From: Kiloniellaceae bacterium | Lineage (GTDB): Bacteria; Pseudomonadota; Alphaproteobacteria; Kiloniellales; J153 | Assembly (NCBI GenBank): GCA_021776115.1 | Contig: JAJFGN010000068.1 | Location: 665-64,664 of the forward strand | Direction: 5' to 3' | Length of the DNA stretch: 64,000 nt | In this document: in pieces, positions 28,256 to 36,560 of the stretch | Numbering within the stretch: the stretch's first letter is position 1 | Layout: the number at the start of each line of letters is the position of its first letter | Notes under the pieces: generated by a model | The model's input: only the letters and a program-made list of their open reading frames with translations | Told to the model about the DNA's origin: nothing | Databases searched by the model: none | Translations under genes and position numbers: made by a program

Positions 28256-29104
28256 CTAAACTTTTCGCATCACCGCTTGGGTCCATTGTGGCGACCCGTG
28301 TTCCGAAAGGTCTCGGAAGGTTTCGACTTTCAGCCCCCCTAAACTCGCTATAAGTTCGCAGAAGTCGCGCGCTTTGGTCCAGTGCATAGTGTCGTGGTTA
28401 CCCACCGCAAAACCTTCTTCGTAACCATATACGATGTCTGCGACGAATAGGCCTTCCGCTTTGAGGACGCGGCGTATCTCCGACAAAATCTTGTCGAGAT
28501 CCCAGGCATGATCGAGGCAATTCATATAGACGCAATCGACCGAGTCATCGGCGAAATTGAGGGCATGGAAATCGCCGACAACGACGAACTCAGGAGCCGC
28601 CCCGGGATTAAGGTCTATGCCAATGGCGAAATGGCCAAGTTCTATGAAAGCTTTGACTTCTTCTCCTCGCCGCGCCCCTAGACAAAGAACCGACCCATGC
28701 GGCGTCAACTGATCGATGAGTTCGAATCGCTTGCGGAAAAGCCGTACCGCTTTTTCGGCATTTACGAAAGCCTCGCCACCCAGACTATCCAATTTGTCAA
28801 CTTGATGGGCAGTGTACTCGTCGTAGTCGGCATAACGACGCTTGGAGATGGTGCCGTCATGGCCCCAGTTGTCGCTCTGAAATTCTTCCCGTTGCGCCTT
28901 CATTCTTGCGGCAAATGCCGCCAATTTTTCGGCCGACGGCGTTGGGTCCTTGAAGAGGCTGAAAAACTGGCGCCACCCCTTGGATGTAAGCACCATGAAG
29001 ATTTTCGAAGGGGATCGAGACAGAATCGACCATGATCGACTCATTGCGTGGCTGATCTGCGGTCTAGTCATGAGTTTCTCTACAAAACGATTTGGCGACA
29101 GCAA
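28256..29104 (-). CDS. SAM-dependent methyltransferase (class I-like)
   Basis: VLCLGARRGEEVKAFIELGHFAIGIDLNP, VDCVYMNCLDHA and LKAEGLFVADI. Start uncertain. Confidence 0.6.
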   Translation of the reverse strand: MLSPNRFVEKLMTRPQISHAMSRSWSILSRSPSKIFMVLTSKGWRQFFSLFKDPTPSAEKLAAFAARMKAQREEFQSDNWGHDGTISKRRYADYDEYTAHQVDKLDSLGGEAFVNAEKAVRLFRKRFELIDQLTPHGSVLCLGARRGEEVKAFIELGHFAIGIDLNPGAAPEFVVVGDFHALNFADDSVDCVYMNCLDHAWDLDKILSEIRRVLKAEGLFVADIVYGYEEGFAVGNHDTMHWTKARDFCELIASLGGLKVETFRDLSEHGSPQWTQAVMRKV

Positions 29105-29142
29105 TAGATCTGCGCTGAATTATCGGATGCGATAAGCGATGG

Positions 29143-30174
29143 CTATTTACGAATGGCCACCACCGGGCCTGCGTTGAACTGGACTTTCTGAGGAATGTCC
29201 TTCGTCTCAAAAACGACGTGGAACCCAAGCTTCTCAATATGTTTTATCCTTCCGGTGAAGTATCCGGCGCGCCGAATGTACGCGCGCGCATGCTTGTTCA
29301 CATTGTAGTCGCGCCACGGCTCGACCAGCACAATGGCGCGGTCGGCTACGCGGACAATTTCGTTGAGCGCCTGTTCGCGAATCTGTTCCATTTGCTCGAG
29401 AGCGAGCCGAGTGTAGACAAGGTCAAAGGACCGGTCCGAATATGGCAACGCCCTTGCATCGCCGACACGCAAATCGGCCCTTTGGTGGGCGCTCAGGTCG
29501 CATGCCGGCAGCGGCGAGTTGTTGGCTATCCCAGGGGGCAATTCGGTTAGCTTCTGGATCTCTTGCGCGACTTTGACACCGGAGGGCGTCAATTCAACGC
29601 CCGAAAACGAAACCTGTGGAAAACGGGCGGCCAGCGTTAGGATCGTATTGCCATTGCCACACCCGACTTCCAGGACCCTCTTCGCATCGATGGCTTCTAT
29701 CGCATTCATTATATAAAGGATGTGCACTTGGCGCAGTATCTGGGGTGAAGCAATAAGACCGCGTTGGCGCCATTCAATAGCGAAACTGCGATCATTGAGA
29801 CCTTCAACATACTGTTCGAGCGAATCAGCCGATGTCCAGTGGTTCTCATAGGCCTTGCGGACATCGGTCTGTGCCGCCGCGTTTCGGCCCGTATGAAACA
29901 TGCGTCGCAACCACTGTCGCTTTCCGAGTGCACGGTTGCTGATCCCGTGAGCCGCGCGTTCCCGCCACGCCGGATCACAAATATTGAACTCTTCACGGAT
30001 ATGGGGCGCGATGAGCGAGTCGATAAGTGTGTCATCGACTGCGAACTCATTGCCGAGAGGCGTTTTGGTTGAGAGTTTCTCGGAAACGCTAGGCATTGTC
30101 GTCTTCCTGCCGTCTATTGGCCTGCGCGAGGCTTTGGCCAAACTGGGAACGAAATCTGATGGCGGTTGGTTCAA
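29143..30174 (-). CDS. Class I SAM-dependent methyltransferase
   Basis: RVLEVGCGNGNTILTLAARF and DLVYTRLALEQM. The TTG start at 30174 forms a TTGA overlap with the upstream stop (30171-30173). ATG at MPSVSEKL is an alternative. Confidence 0.75.
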   Translation of the reverse strand: MNQPPSDFVPSLAKASRRPIDGRKTTMPSVSEKLSTKTPLGNEFAVDDTLIDSLIAPHIREEFNICDPAWRERAAHGISNRALGKRQWLRRMFHTGRNAAAQTDVRKAYENHWTSADSLEQYVEGLNDRSFAIEWRQRGLIASPQILRQVHILYIMNAIEAIDAKRVLEVGCGNGNTILTLAARFPQVSFSGVELTPSGVKVAQEIQKLTELPPGIANNSPLPACDLSAHQRADLRVGDARALPYSDRSFDLVYTRLALEQMEQIREQALNEIVRVADRAIVLVEPWRDYNVNKHARAYIRRAGYFTGRIKHIEKLGFHVVFETKDIPQKVQFNAGPVVAIRK

Positions 30175-31151
30175 TCCACGAACATCAGGGCATTCGGCTC
30201 GCTGAGCTTGATGCCTTCGAGCAACCCGCGAGTGACGTGTAGGTGCCCACCCTTGACAACCCTCTTGGCCGGGTATGCCGGCAGAGCGTCCGGGCGTGGC
30301 ACATACTGAAACTGAAAGACCAGTCTAGGCCGCTCCGTCGCGCGACTTCCTTGGTGCAGGCACCGGCTCGTATCGACAAAGAGGCCGCTGCCAGCGGGGC
30401 CGTTTGCGATGATCGCGTGTTTCTCGGAAACAGTGCGATAGACATCGTAATCCCTAAGCGTCTTTAGCAATCCGCCGTGACGAAGCGGCCGCGACGTTAG
30501 GGTCTTAGGGAAAAAGGTCAGGCCACCACTCCCTGGCCCTACATCCCAGATGTTGATGAAACACTTTACCTGATTCAAGGCATCGCCATCGACATGATAC
30601 ATTTGGCTGCCGTCGATGGTGTCGTTTACCGCCGAATAGAAGACCCCCAAGGAATGAAGCCGCGGCACCTGACCAAGGTACCCTGTTACGGTTTCAGTGA
30701 CTGCGGCGCTCAACGCAAAATCGGCCAGGATTGGATGCGCGCGCAGATCGTCATCGGTCAAGATGTTGTAGAAATAGTGTTTGTTTACCGGCCTAAGCCC
30801 AATCTCGTGCGCATGTCGCGTGTATATATCCTGGCATGCGGCGACGATTGCAGACGCTTCTTGGAATGTATCGTCAGAAAACAGCCTGTATCCGGAATCC
30901 CGCGGTACAAATGCGGACCAGCGCGAAGTGGTGCGGAGTTTTCGGGCATTGCGGCGGGCAGCGAGGTGCGCTGCCGGCCGCGTTGCCACGCGCCTGGCCT
31001 CGATGAGATAAAGAGCGAGGAGGGGCCATCCGGTGCGAAATCCTTTTCGCAGGACACGGCGGTCCAGGCGCTGACCGATCGAGAGATCAGGCATGCGCCG
31101 GACCCATGAACCCGGAAAGAGGCCGGAAATCGTCGAAACCCATGCACACAA
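30171..31151 (-). CDS. Hypothetical protein, possible Fe(II)/2-oxoglutarate (PhyH-like) oxygenase
   Basis: Candidate facial triad HxD (MYHVDGD) plus a distal His (TSRCLHQGS). Weak call, start uncertain (MPDLSIGQ at about 31094 is possible). Confidence 0.35.
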   Translation of the reverse strand: MCAWVSTISGLFPGSWVRRMPDLSIGQRLDRRVLRKGFRTGWPLLALYLIEARRVATRPAAHLAARRNARKLRTTSRWSAFVPRDSGYRLFSDDTFQEASAIVAACQDIYTRHAHEIGLRPVNKHYFYNILTDDDLRAHPILADFALSAAVTETVTGYLGQVPRLHSLGVFYSAVNDTIDGSQMYHVDGDALNQVKCFINIWDVGPGSGGLTFFPKTLTSRPLRHGGLLKTLRDYDVYRTVSEKHAIIANGPAGSGLFVDTSRCLHQGSRATERPRLVFQFQYVPRPDALPAYPAKRVVKGGHLHVTRGLLEGIKLSEPNALMFVD

Positions 31152-31249
31152 ATACCTTCCCTACGCCGGCGCGAGAATGAGCTGGTAGGCCCCGGCCGCT
31201 ACCGGGGGGCGCGCTTTTCATTTCCGCCAGAATCCTTCAAGATATTCTC

Positions 31250-32014
31250 ATGGCATCAAAATCAACATCCACGCAATTCCCGCAGATGTTTTCCCTGTAC
31301 GGCCAAAGCGCCATCGTTACCGGTGCCTCGCGCGGTATCGGGTGGGCACTGGCGGAAGGCCTCTCCCAGGCTGGTGCCTCGGTAGTTGCCGTTGCTCGCT
31401 CCAGGCGTCCCGTAGAACCATTCTCCGCGAGCGTCAGATACCAGTCCTGTGATGTGCTCGATATCGCCGCATTCGAAAAATGTCGAGACGCCGCGATTGA
31501 ACTCGACGGCCGTCTCGACGTGCTGGTCAACTGTGCTGGCATCAGTATTTCCGGTTACGAAATGGACGCATTCGACCAAACGATGGCGACCAATCTGCGC
31601 GGACCCTATCAGTGCGTTCGTGCCGTTACCGGGGCGATGCGGGAAAGGGGCCGTGGTTCGATCATCAACGTCACCAGCTTGGCTGCCTTCAAGGGCTTCC
31701 CCGACAACCCCGGTTACATCGCCGCCAAGGGTGGCTTGAGCCAGCTGACCCGGGCGCTTGCCTACGACCTTGGGCCGGCCGGTATTCGGGTCAACAACCT
31801 GGTGCCGGGCTATATCGCCACGGACATGACGGCGGCGACCAACTCGGATTCCATTGCCCACGATCAAAGAAGCCGGCATACAATGCTGGGTCGATGGGGT
31901 GACCCCGCCGATCTTGTCGGCGCCGCGATCTTTCTCGCCTCCGATGCTTCCGCATATGTAACGGGCCAAGACATTGTCGTCGATGGCGGCTGGCTCGCGA
32001 AAGGACTCATTTAA
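31250..32014 (+). CDS. Short-chain dehydrogenase/reductase (SDR)
   Basis: AIVTGASRGIGWALAEGL (TGxxxGxG), NCAG and YIAAKGG (YxxxK). Plus strand; its stop lies 2 nt from the stop of the convergent exonuclease gene. Confidence 0.9.
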   Translation: MASKSTSTQFPQMFSLYGQSAIVTGASRGIGWALAEGLSQAGASVVAVARSRRPVEPFSASVRYQSCDVLDIAAFEKCRDAAIELDGRLDVLVNCAGISISGYEMDAFDQTMATNLRGPYQCVRAVTGAMRERGRGSIINVTSLAAFKGFPDNPGYIAAKGGLSQLTRALAYDLGPAGIRVNNLVPGYIATDMTAATNSDSIAHDQRSRHTMLGRWGDPADLVGAAIFLASDASAYVTGQDIVVDGGWLAKGLI

Positions 32015-32016
32015 CA

Positions 32017-32634
32017 CTAGAGCCGGCCCGCGGCGCGCCAAGCCGAAAACGCCGCGGCAATCGCTTTGCAATCGTGCAAGGCTGAATGGGCACGGCCGTG
32101 GACACGGATACCAGCCAGATCCGGCAAGTCCGAAGAAATGAGTTCCTGTTGCGGCACATTTAGAGTTTGGGCAAGCAAGGGGCGGAAGTTGTACCAGCGG
32201 TCTCCTCCCCATCGGAATGCGACGCCATTCATCGCGCAGTTTTCCCGAAGAATCGCGCCGTCATAACCGTTGAAGACGACCAGATCAGCTGCAGAAAAGA
32301 GGCTAGAGAGATCGTCCAGCGCCTCGGTGAACTGTCGAGCCTTGGATACCAGATGTTCTTGCGTGATCCCGGTCAGGGACACGAAGTACTCGGACAGAAC
32401 CGGGTTGCGGGTGGGCTGCATCAAGATCTCTATGCCATCCGTGGCGGCAAAGGCCCGTCCCGCGTCAACAAGTAAAACGCCTACCTGAACAATCTCACGC
32501 CACTCCCAGGGTTCGCTCCATTGTCGTTTTGCCGATCCCTCCCAGGCGGTGTATTCGAGGTCCAGAATTCCGATCAGGCCCCGGTCCGGCCAAGTGACGA
32601 GCGGTGGATCGTCGGGTACGGTCAGCGTAGGCAT
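32017..32634 (-). CDS. DEDDh-type 3'-5' exonuclease domain protein
   Basis: ExoI ILDLEYT (DxE), ExoII VVFNGYDGAIL and ExoIII HSALHDCKAIA (Hx4D). Starts 5 nt after the stop of the radical SAM gene. Confidence 0.6.
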   Translation of the reverse strand: MPTLTVPDDPPLVTWPDRGLIGILDLEYTAWEGSAKRQWSEPWEWREIVQVGVLLVDAGRAFAATDGIEILMQPTRNPVLSEYFVSLTGITQEHLVSKARQFTEALDDLSSLFSAADLVVFNGYDGAILRENCAMNGVAFRWGGDRWYNFRPLLAQTLNVPQQELISSDLPDLAGIRVHGRAHSALHDCKAIAAAFSAWRAAGRL

Positions 32635-32639
32635 ACCGC

Positions 32640-34127
32640 TCAGGCCAAACTCCCCGACCGCTTAAGTGCGGATAGGGAATCAAGGCCTTCACGTACGAGG
32701 CGGACAAAATTCTGCTTGTAAAACGCTAGCACGCTAGCCGATAGAACGGAGTGGTGCGTCATCGTGCGCAGCTGGCTGTCGAGGTCGTATTCGTAGTCGA
32801 GGAAATAATCTTTCTTGGCGCCTTGGCGCTGTTGTTCAGTTCCAAGATAGGGCGAGAAGAAAGCAACGGTCACATTATCCGGATCCAAGGCCTGGTTGAA
32901 GGTTATCGTTTCCAGAATAGATTCCTCAGTTTGGTCAGGAATACCGATAATGTTGTATGCCGTTCGGCGGATCTCTGCCTCGCGAAGCAACATGAAGGCC
33001 CGCACGATGGCGCTCTGATTGCTGAATCGGTTCAAAATATCCTCTCGGAATCCCTGGGTAGACAATTCGATACCCATACCGACGCCATCGACTCTTAGGC
33101 GTTTCAGCAGCGGGATAGTTGAGGGGTTAATGCCTTCAGGTCGAGTTTCTATATAGAGCCGTATCGGCATTTCGTTCGCATCAAAGAGGTCTGCTAGCTC
33201 CAGCAACGTCGACTTCTCGATAGTCAGGAAGTTTGTGTCCTGGCAACGGAACAGTGTAATGCCATACTCGTTGTGCAAGGTCACAATCTCTTCAAAAACG
33301 CGTTTCGCGCTCTTGTGCCGAAGATAGCGATTGAACTCGCGCAGCGCGCCGCGTGGCGTCGTCTCTTCAAAGCCGTAGTAGCGCTGAATCACCGTTTCAA
33401 CGCAGTAGCTACAGGTGAATGGGCAGCCGCGCGACAGCTCGTAGTCGACCGCCCTAACAACCTCACCGCAATAGGGGCGCAGGAACGTCTGGTCGTCGAA
33501 CAGGCTGTAGTCGTAGGGGCCGATGGCGTCGAGATCGGAGATAATTTGCTGGCGGGGGGCCTCGATGATATCAGTGCCATCGCGGCTGATCAGGCCGGGA
33601 ATCCGGTCGAGGCCTTCGCCCGATTGCCATGCGTCGACAAAGTCTTGGAGGACAAATTCGGATTCGCCGCCGATGAAATAGTCGACACCGGAAAAGCGTA
33701 TCGCCGTCTCGCCGGCGGACGCTGTCGGTTGCAGGCCCCCGCAAACCTTAATCGCCGGGCATGAGGTTTGAGCTATCAAGTCGTGACCGAATTGGATGGC
33801 GGCGTATTCGCCCTCGCCGTGGATATGGGCCGATATTGCCGCCCAGAAAATAATGTCTGGCGCAAACTCGTCGAGCTTGGCCTGGAGCGCGGTCGTGACC
33901 GGTGTGTCGCTAAACCTCACCAGGCTCTCGTACGCAGAAGGTTGGTACTGCAGGTTGGCCGTGTTGAAGGCGTTTTCGTTTTGCGCCCAGTCGCGAAAAA
34001 AGGTCGCATCGAACAAGGCGACCTCGTGGCCGCGGGATTTCAGCACGGCAGTATGGCTTGCAATCCAGATGGGGGTAATGCCGCGCCCCCAACGACTTGG
34101 GTTTAACAATAGCACCCGTGCCATCAT
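32640..34127 (-). CDS. B12-binding-domain radical SAM enzyme (class B, methyltransferase candidate)
   Basis: N-terminal Rossmann-like B12-binding region (MMARVLLLNPSRW...KSRGHEVALFD) and the radical SAM cluster motif SRGCPFTCSYC (CxxxCxxC). Confidence 0.8.
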   Translation of the reverse strand: MMARVLLLNPSRWGRGITPIWIASHTAVLKSRGHEVALFDATFFRDWAQNENAFNTANLQYQPSAYESLVRFSDTPVTTALQAKLDEFAPDIIFWAAISAHIHGEGEYAAIQFGHDLIAQTSCPAIKVCGGLQPTASAGETAIRFSGVDYFIGGESEFVLQDFVDAWQSGEGLDRIPGLISRDGTDIIEAPRQQIISDLDAIGPYDYSLFDDQTFLRPYCGEVVRAVDYELSRGCPFTCSYCVETVIQRYYGFEETTPRGALREFNRYLRHKSAKRVFEEIVTLHNEYGITLFRCQDTNFLTIEKSTLLELADLFDANEMPIRLYIETRPEGINPSTIPLLKRLRVDGVGMGIELSTQGFREDILNRFSNQSAIVRAFMLLREAEIRRTAYNIIGIPDQTEESILETITFNQALDPDNVTVAFFSPYLGTEQQRQGAKKDYFLDYEYDLDSQLRTMTHHSVLSASVLAFYKQNFVRLVREGLDSLSALKRSGSLA

Positions 34128-34856
34128 TTACTCTCCACGCATCCGTCGGTTCGCCTCGGCAAGTTCGATCTCGTAGTCGATGTCGATCGATTCACGATCG
34201 AGGCAGAAAGGCAAAATGTTATCACCGGTCAGAGACCTCTTCTCGAAAATCGTCGCCGGACGGGTGATGTCGATAAATCCGTCCTGCTGATAAACGGTTG
34301 GCAGCATTTGACGGGCTTGATTGTAAGGTTCGTCGATATCCGGAAGGCTGAGTAGGGAAGACAAGAAACCACCGTCCGAAAGCCGCCACATCTTGTAGGG
34401 TGAGAAGCAGGCGGCGGTTACGGCGCGCAGCGAATCCGCCTCCGGCCGTTCGGCAATCAGCCTAATCGCGCGGTCAATCTGGTCGATATCCCGAATGGGC
34501 GTTGTCGGCCGCAACTGGACGACCAGATCGGGTGCATACCGTTCGTTGTCGCGCAACCAGGTCAAGGCGTGGTGGACGAACTCATAGTCGCTGCTCAGGT
34601 CCTGGGCAAACTCGCTGGGTCGAAGGAATGGAACCTCGGCGCCTGCGGCCCGGCCGACTTCGGCGATCTCCGGCTCGTCGGTCGTCAAAATGACCCGTGT
34701 GATGCAGGAGGCACGGCGTGCGTGCTCGATTGCGTGGACCACCAGCGGTTTTCCACCAACCTCGCGCAGATTCTTGCGCGGCATGCTTTTCGATCCGCCG
34801 CGCGCCGGCACTAGGGCCAGAACCTCCAAGCCGGCGCCCTTGTTCGACCCGGTCAT
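34128..34856 (-). CDS. Acylneuraminate cytidylyltransferase family (CMP-ulosonic acid synthetase) #2
   Basis: VLALVPARGGSKSMPRKNLREVGGKPLVVHAIE and VVQLRPTTPIR. Confidence 0.85.
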   Translation of the reverse strand: MTGSNKGAGLEVLALVPARGGSKSMPRKNLREVGGKPLVVHAIEHARRASCITRVILTTDEPEIAEVGRAAGAEVPFLRPSEFAQDLSSDYEFVHHALTWLRDNERYAPDLVVQLRPTTPIRDIDQIDRAIRLIAERPEADSLRAVTAACFSPYKMWRLSDGGFLSSLLSLPDIDEPYNQARQMLPTVYQQDGFIDITRPATIFEKRSLTGDNILPFCLDRESIDIDYEIELAEANRRMRGE

Positions 34857-35365
34857 TTGGCGTGTTCTTCCGGATTAGCAGGGGCATACACCAGGCCCAA
34901 AACGTTTTCGGCCAGTTCACGCGCAGCGCCGTCGCCGCCCTTGGATGTCAGCACCGTACGGGCGGCGGCCAATACCGTGAGGTGAGCGTCGGCGACCGCG
35001 ACGGGAAACCCCACCGATGCCATGGCGGTCAGGTCGTTCAGATCGTTACCCACGAAAATCACCCGGCCGAGATCGATGCCTGCTTGTCGGCAATGCTGGA
35101 CCAAGGCCTGCTTCTTATCCCTGACATTCTGCAGCACGGGGGTGTGCAGTTTCTCGGCGCGCCGCGCCACGACCGCATTGCGTTCCGTGGAGAAAATCAT
35201 AACCGGAATACCGGCCAAACGGAACATGTCGAACCCGAGACCGTCGGCACGATTGCACACGACGCCCTCACGCCCATCTTCCAAGACGATTACACGGTTG
35301 TCCGTGAGCACGCCGTCAAAGTCGAAGACGATCAAGTCGATAGAGTTGCGACTAATGGGTTCCAT
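34853..35365 (-). CDS. KdsC-family HAD-IIIA phosphatase (ulosonate-phosphate phosphatase)
   Basis: IDLIVFDFDGVLTDNRV, DGLGFDMFRLAGIPVMIFSTE and FVGNDLNDL. 170 aa. ATGA overlap at 34853-34856. Confidence 0.8.
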   Translation of the reverse strand: MEPISRNSIDLIVFDFDGVLTDNRVIVLEDGREGVVCNRADGLGFDMFRLAGIPVMIFSTERNAVVARRAEKLHTPVLQNVRDKKQALVQHCRQAGIDLGRVIFVGNDLNDLTAMASVGFPVAVADAHLTVLAAARTVLTSKGGDGAARELAENVLGLVYAPANPEEHAK

Positions 35366-35373
35366 TCCAGAGA

Positions 35374-36558
35374 TTAACGTTCTAGCCCGCAGAAAAGCGA
35401 TTCAGCCGTATGATTGAATAGTCGGGCCTGTGCCCTCATTTGCTGACGCGCCGCACCGAAGCGGCCGCGGATATCGTTGGGATCGGAGAGCACACGATCT
35501 ATCATTGCCGTCAGGCGATCCGCCATGTCGGCGTCGAAGGCGTCGACGGCTAGATCGGAGATGCCGATATTCGCCAGGAAATCGCTCATTCTGTTCTGAG
35601 TCGTCAGCGGAATCATTGGTGTGCCAAGACCGATGCTGGGTGACATTGAATGAACGCGCATGCTGATGATCAAGTCAGCTTTGCGATAGCGTCCATAGAA
35701 ATGCCGACTCCCTGAGATCCGAGCTAGGCCGGTTGAAATCATCCTCTGATGCGCCAGGGCCGGTTTGCACATGTCGATGAAGTCGGCAATCATCCGCAAA
35801 TCATCGAAATAATGGGGGACGAGAATAAGGTTGACATCCCAACGTACTAACATCCGCTCGACTGCGACGACGATCTCCCGTAGCATTTTCGCCCGGCGCT
35901 CGGAGCTGCCGTAGCGAAATTCCGCGTCCTCATCATTGAACGCCAGCAAAACGTTCGAGCGACCGCGCTCAAACTCTGGATACTCTGTATCCTCTTCTGC
36001 CGGCAAGAATACACCGGGATCCGGAATGACGTGAAGGTTGTCTCCAGAGATCCCGAACCGCGAGGAGAGCCACTCCCGCGTGCCGTCGTTGCGCAGTGCC
36101 AAGAGCATGTTACGCCGACCGAGAATGTGATCGATGGTCCAGCACAAATTATCTGCATGATGATACGGTTGATTATCCCAGTGTCGGTACGAGATGCCGT
36201 AGAATACCAAAGGCGCTTCAATCTGTGACCATAACGGTCTTGGCAGATTGAAGCGCATGCCGGCGTCGGCATAGAATTCACGGCCATTGATGGCAACGGC
36301 CCCGCCGACGAGCATGCCATCCGATCGATCGTTGATTAGCGAGACGAATTTCTGATCGAATTGCTTGAGACCGAAAGTGTAGTCATCCCAAGGTTCGCGG
36401 GACCATTTAATAGGGCGCGCGAAATCTTCCTCGATAACTCGCTCGGCCCCTTCCGTTAACGCGCCGTTTCCTACGTTCGCGCTGTTTCCGTTGACTAAAT
36501 GAATCAGCGATAGCGTGGATTTCCGGGTGGACATTCTCCGTCTTTCCATTGCCTGCAA
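35374..36558 (-). CDS. Polysaccharide pyruvyl transferase family protein (WcaK/CsaB-like)
   Basis: General resemblance only: N-terminal NSANVGNGAL and C-terminal DLIISMRVHSMSPSIGLGTPMIPL. Confidence 0.55.
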   Translation of the reverse strand: MQAMERRRMSTRKSTLSLIHLVNGNSANVGNGALTEGAERVIEEDFARPIKWSREPWDDYTFGLKQFDQKFVSLINDRSDGMLVGGAVAINGREFYADAGMRFNLPRPLWSQIEAPLVFYGISYRHWDNQPYHHADNLCWTIDHILGRRNMLLALRNDGTREWLSSRFGISGDNLHVIPDPGVFLPAEEDTEYPEFERGRSNVLLAFNDEDAEFRYGSSERRAKMLREIVVAVERMLVRWDVNLILVPHYFDDLRMIADFIDMCKPALAHQRMISTGLARISGSRHFYGRYRKADLIISMRVHSMSPSIGLGTPMIPLTTQNRMSDFLANIGISDLAVDAFDADMADRLTAMIDRVLSDPNDIRGRFGAARQQMRAQARLFNHTAESLFCGLER

Positions 36559-36560
36559 CG

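Noticed and set aside
32640-34127. Radical SAM enzyme considered as a viperin-like antiviral (pVip) or other defence component, given the neighbouring exonuclease.
   Set aside because: The protein is about 495 aa with an N-terminal B12-binding-type domain and a mid-protein CxxxCxxC. This is class-B methyltransferase-like architecture, not the compact viperin layout. It is embedded by 0-5-nt junctions in a glycan operon.
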